From assembly GCF_009914755.1 (NCBI RefSeq), contig NC_060947.1: 64,000 nucleotides of DNA; one strand, 5' to 3'. Below the pieces are notes generated by a model. That model was given only the letters and a program-made list of their open reading frames with translations. It had not been told where the DNA came from and did no database searches. Positions 62,576 through 64,000 of the stretch are shown here, one piece after another. The position numbers were made by a program, and so were the translations under genes. Position 1 is the first letter of the stretch; every line of letters starts with the position of its first letter. Source of the DNA: the human T2T-CHM13v2.0 reference genome, Homo sapiens.

Positions 62576-62924
62576 TTTTTTTTTTTGAGGCAGTGTCTCG
62601 CTCTGTCACCCAGACTGGAGTGCAGTGGCATGATCTCAGCTCACTGCAACCTCTGCCTCCTGGGTTCAAGCAATCCTCCTGCCTCAGCCTCCCTAGTAGC
62701 TGAGATTACAGGTGCCCGCCACCATGCCCGGCTAATTTTTGTGGTTTTAGTAGAGACGAGGTTTCACCATGTTGGCCAGGCTGGTCTTGAACTCCCGACC
62801 TCGTGATCCACCTGCCTCAGCCTCCCAAAGTGCTGAGATTACAGGCTTGAGCCACCACACCCGGCCCCAGTCTCTAGAACTGTGGCAAGCAATGTCTATT
62901 GTTTGTGAGCCACCCAGTTGATGG

Positions 62925-64000
<1,076 letters not shown>

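Noticed and set aside
59496-62806. 400-635 aa Tyr/Leu/Ser/Ile-rich ORFs
   Set aside because: (TCTA)n array translations

Overview
Primate, almost certainly human, genomic DNA from pseudoautosomal region 1 (Xp22.33/Yp11). The window holds the complete ASMTL gene on the minus strand: 13 coding exons from the ATG at 54748 to the TGA at 6837, summing to 1866 nt (621 aa). The protein is an N-terminal Maf/YhdE-type nucleotide pyrophosphatase fused to an ASMT-like class I O-methyltransferase. Intron 2 uses a non-canonical GC donor. The rest is very repeat-rich: dozens of Alus, MaLR/ERVL LTRs, MER20, MER21, a Tigger3-like element, L1 fragments, many minisatellites and multi-kb low-complexity arrays. 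These arrays generate nearly all the long ORFs in the supplied track, which I reject as artefacts. Intron 1 contains a deleted tRNA-Phe-primed (HERV-F type) provirus with a nested solo LTR13. The most unusual signals are: (1) both proviral LTRs carry their U3 YY1-type motif expanded into long tandem arrays; (2) five templated or foreign insertions and several tandem amplifications inside Alus; (3) complementary GGAT/CCAT arrays bracketing frame-symmetric exons 9-12; (4) a non-Alu inverted repeat with a duplicated arm just upstream of exon 9; (5) minisatellites built from the PRDM9 13-mer consensus. I found no new protein-coding system. Repeat family names come from recalled consensus sequences and need RepeatMasker confirmation.
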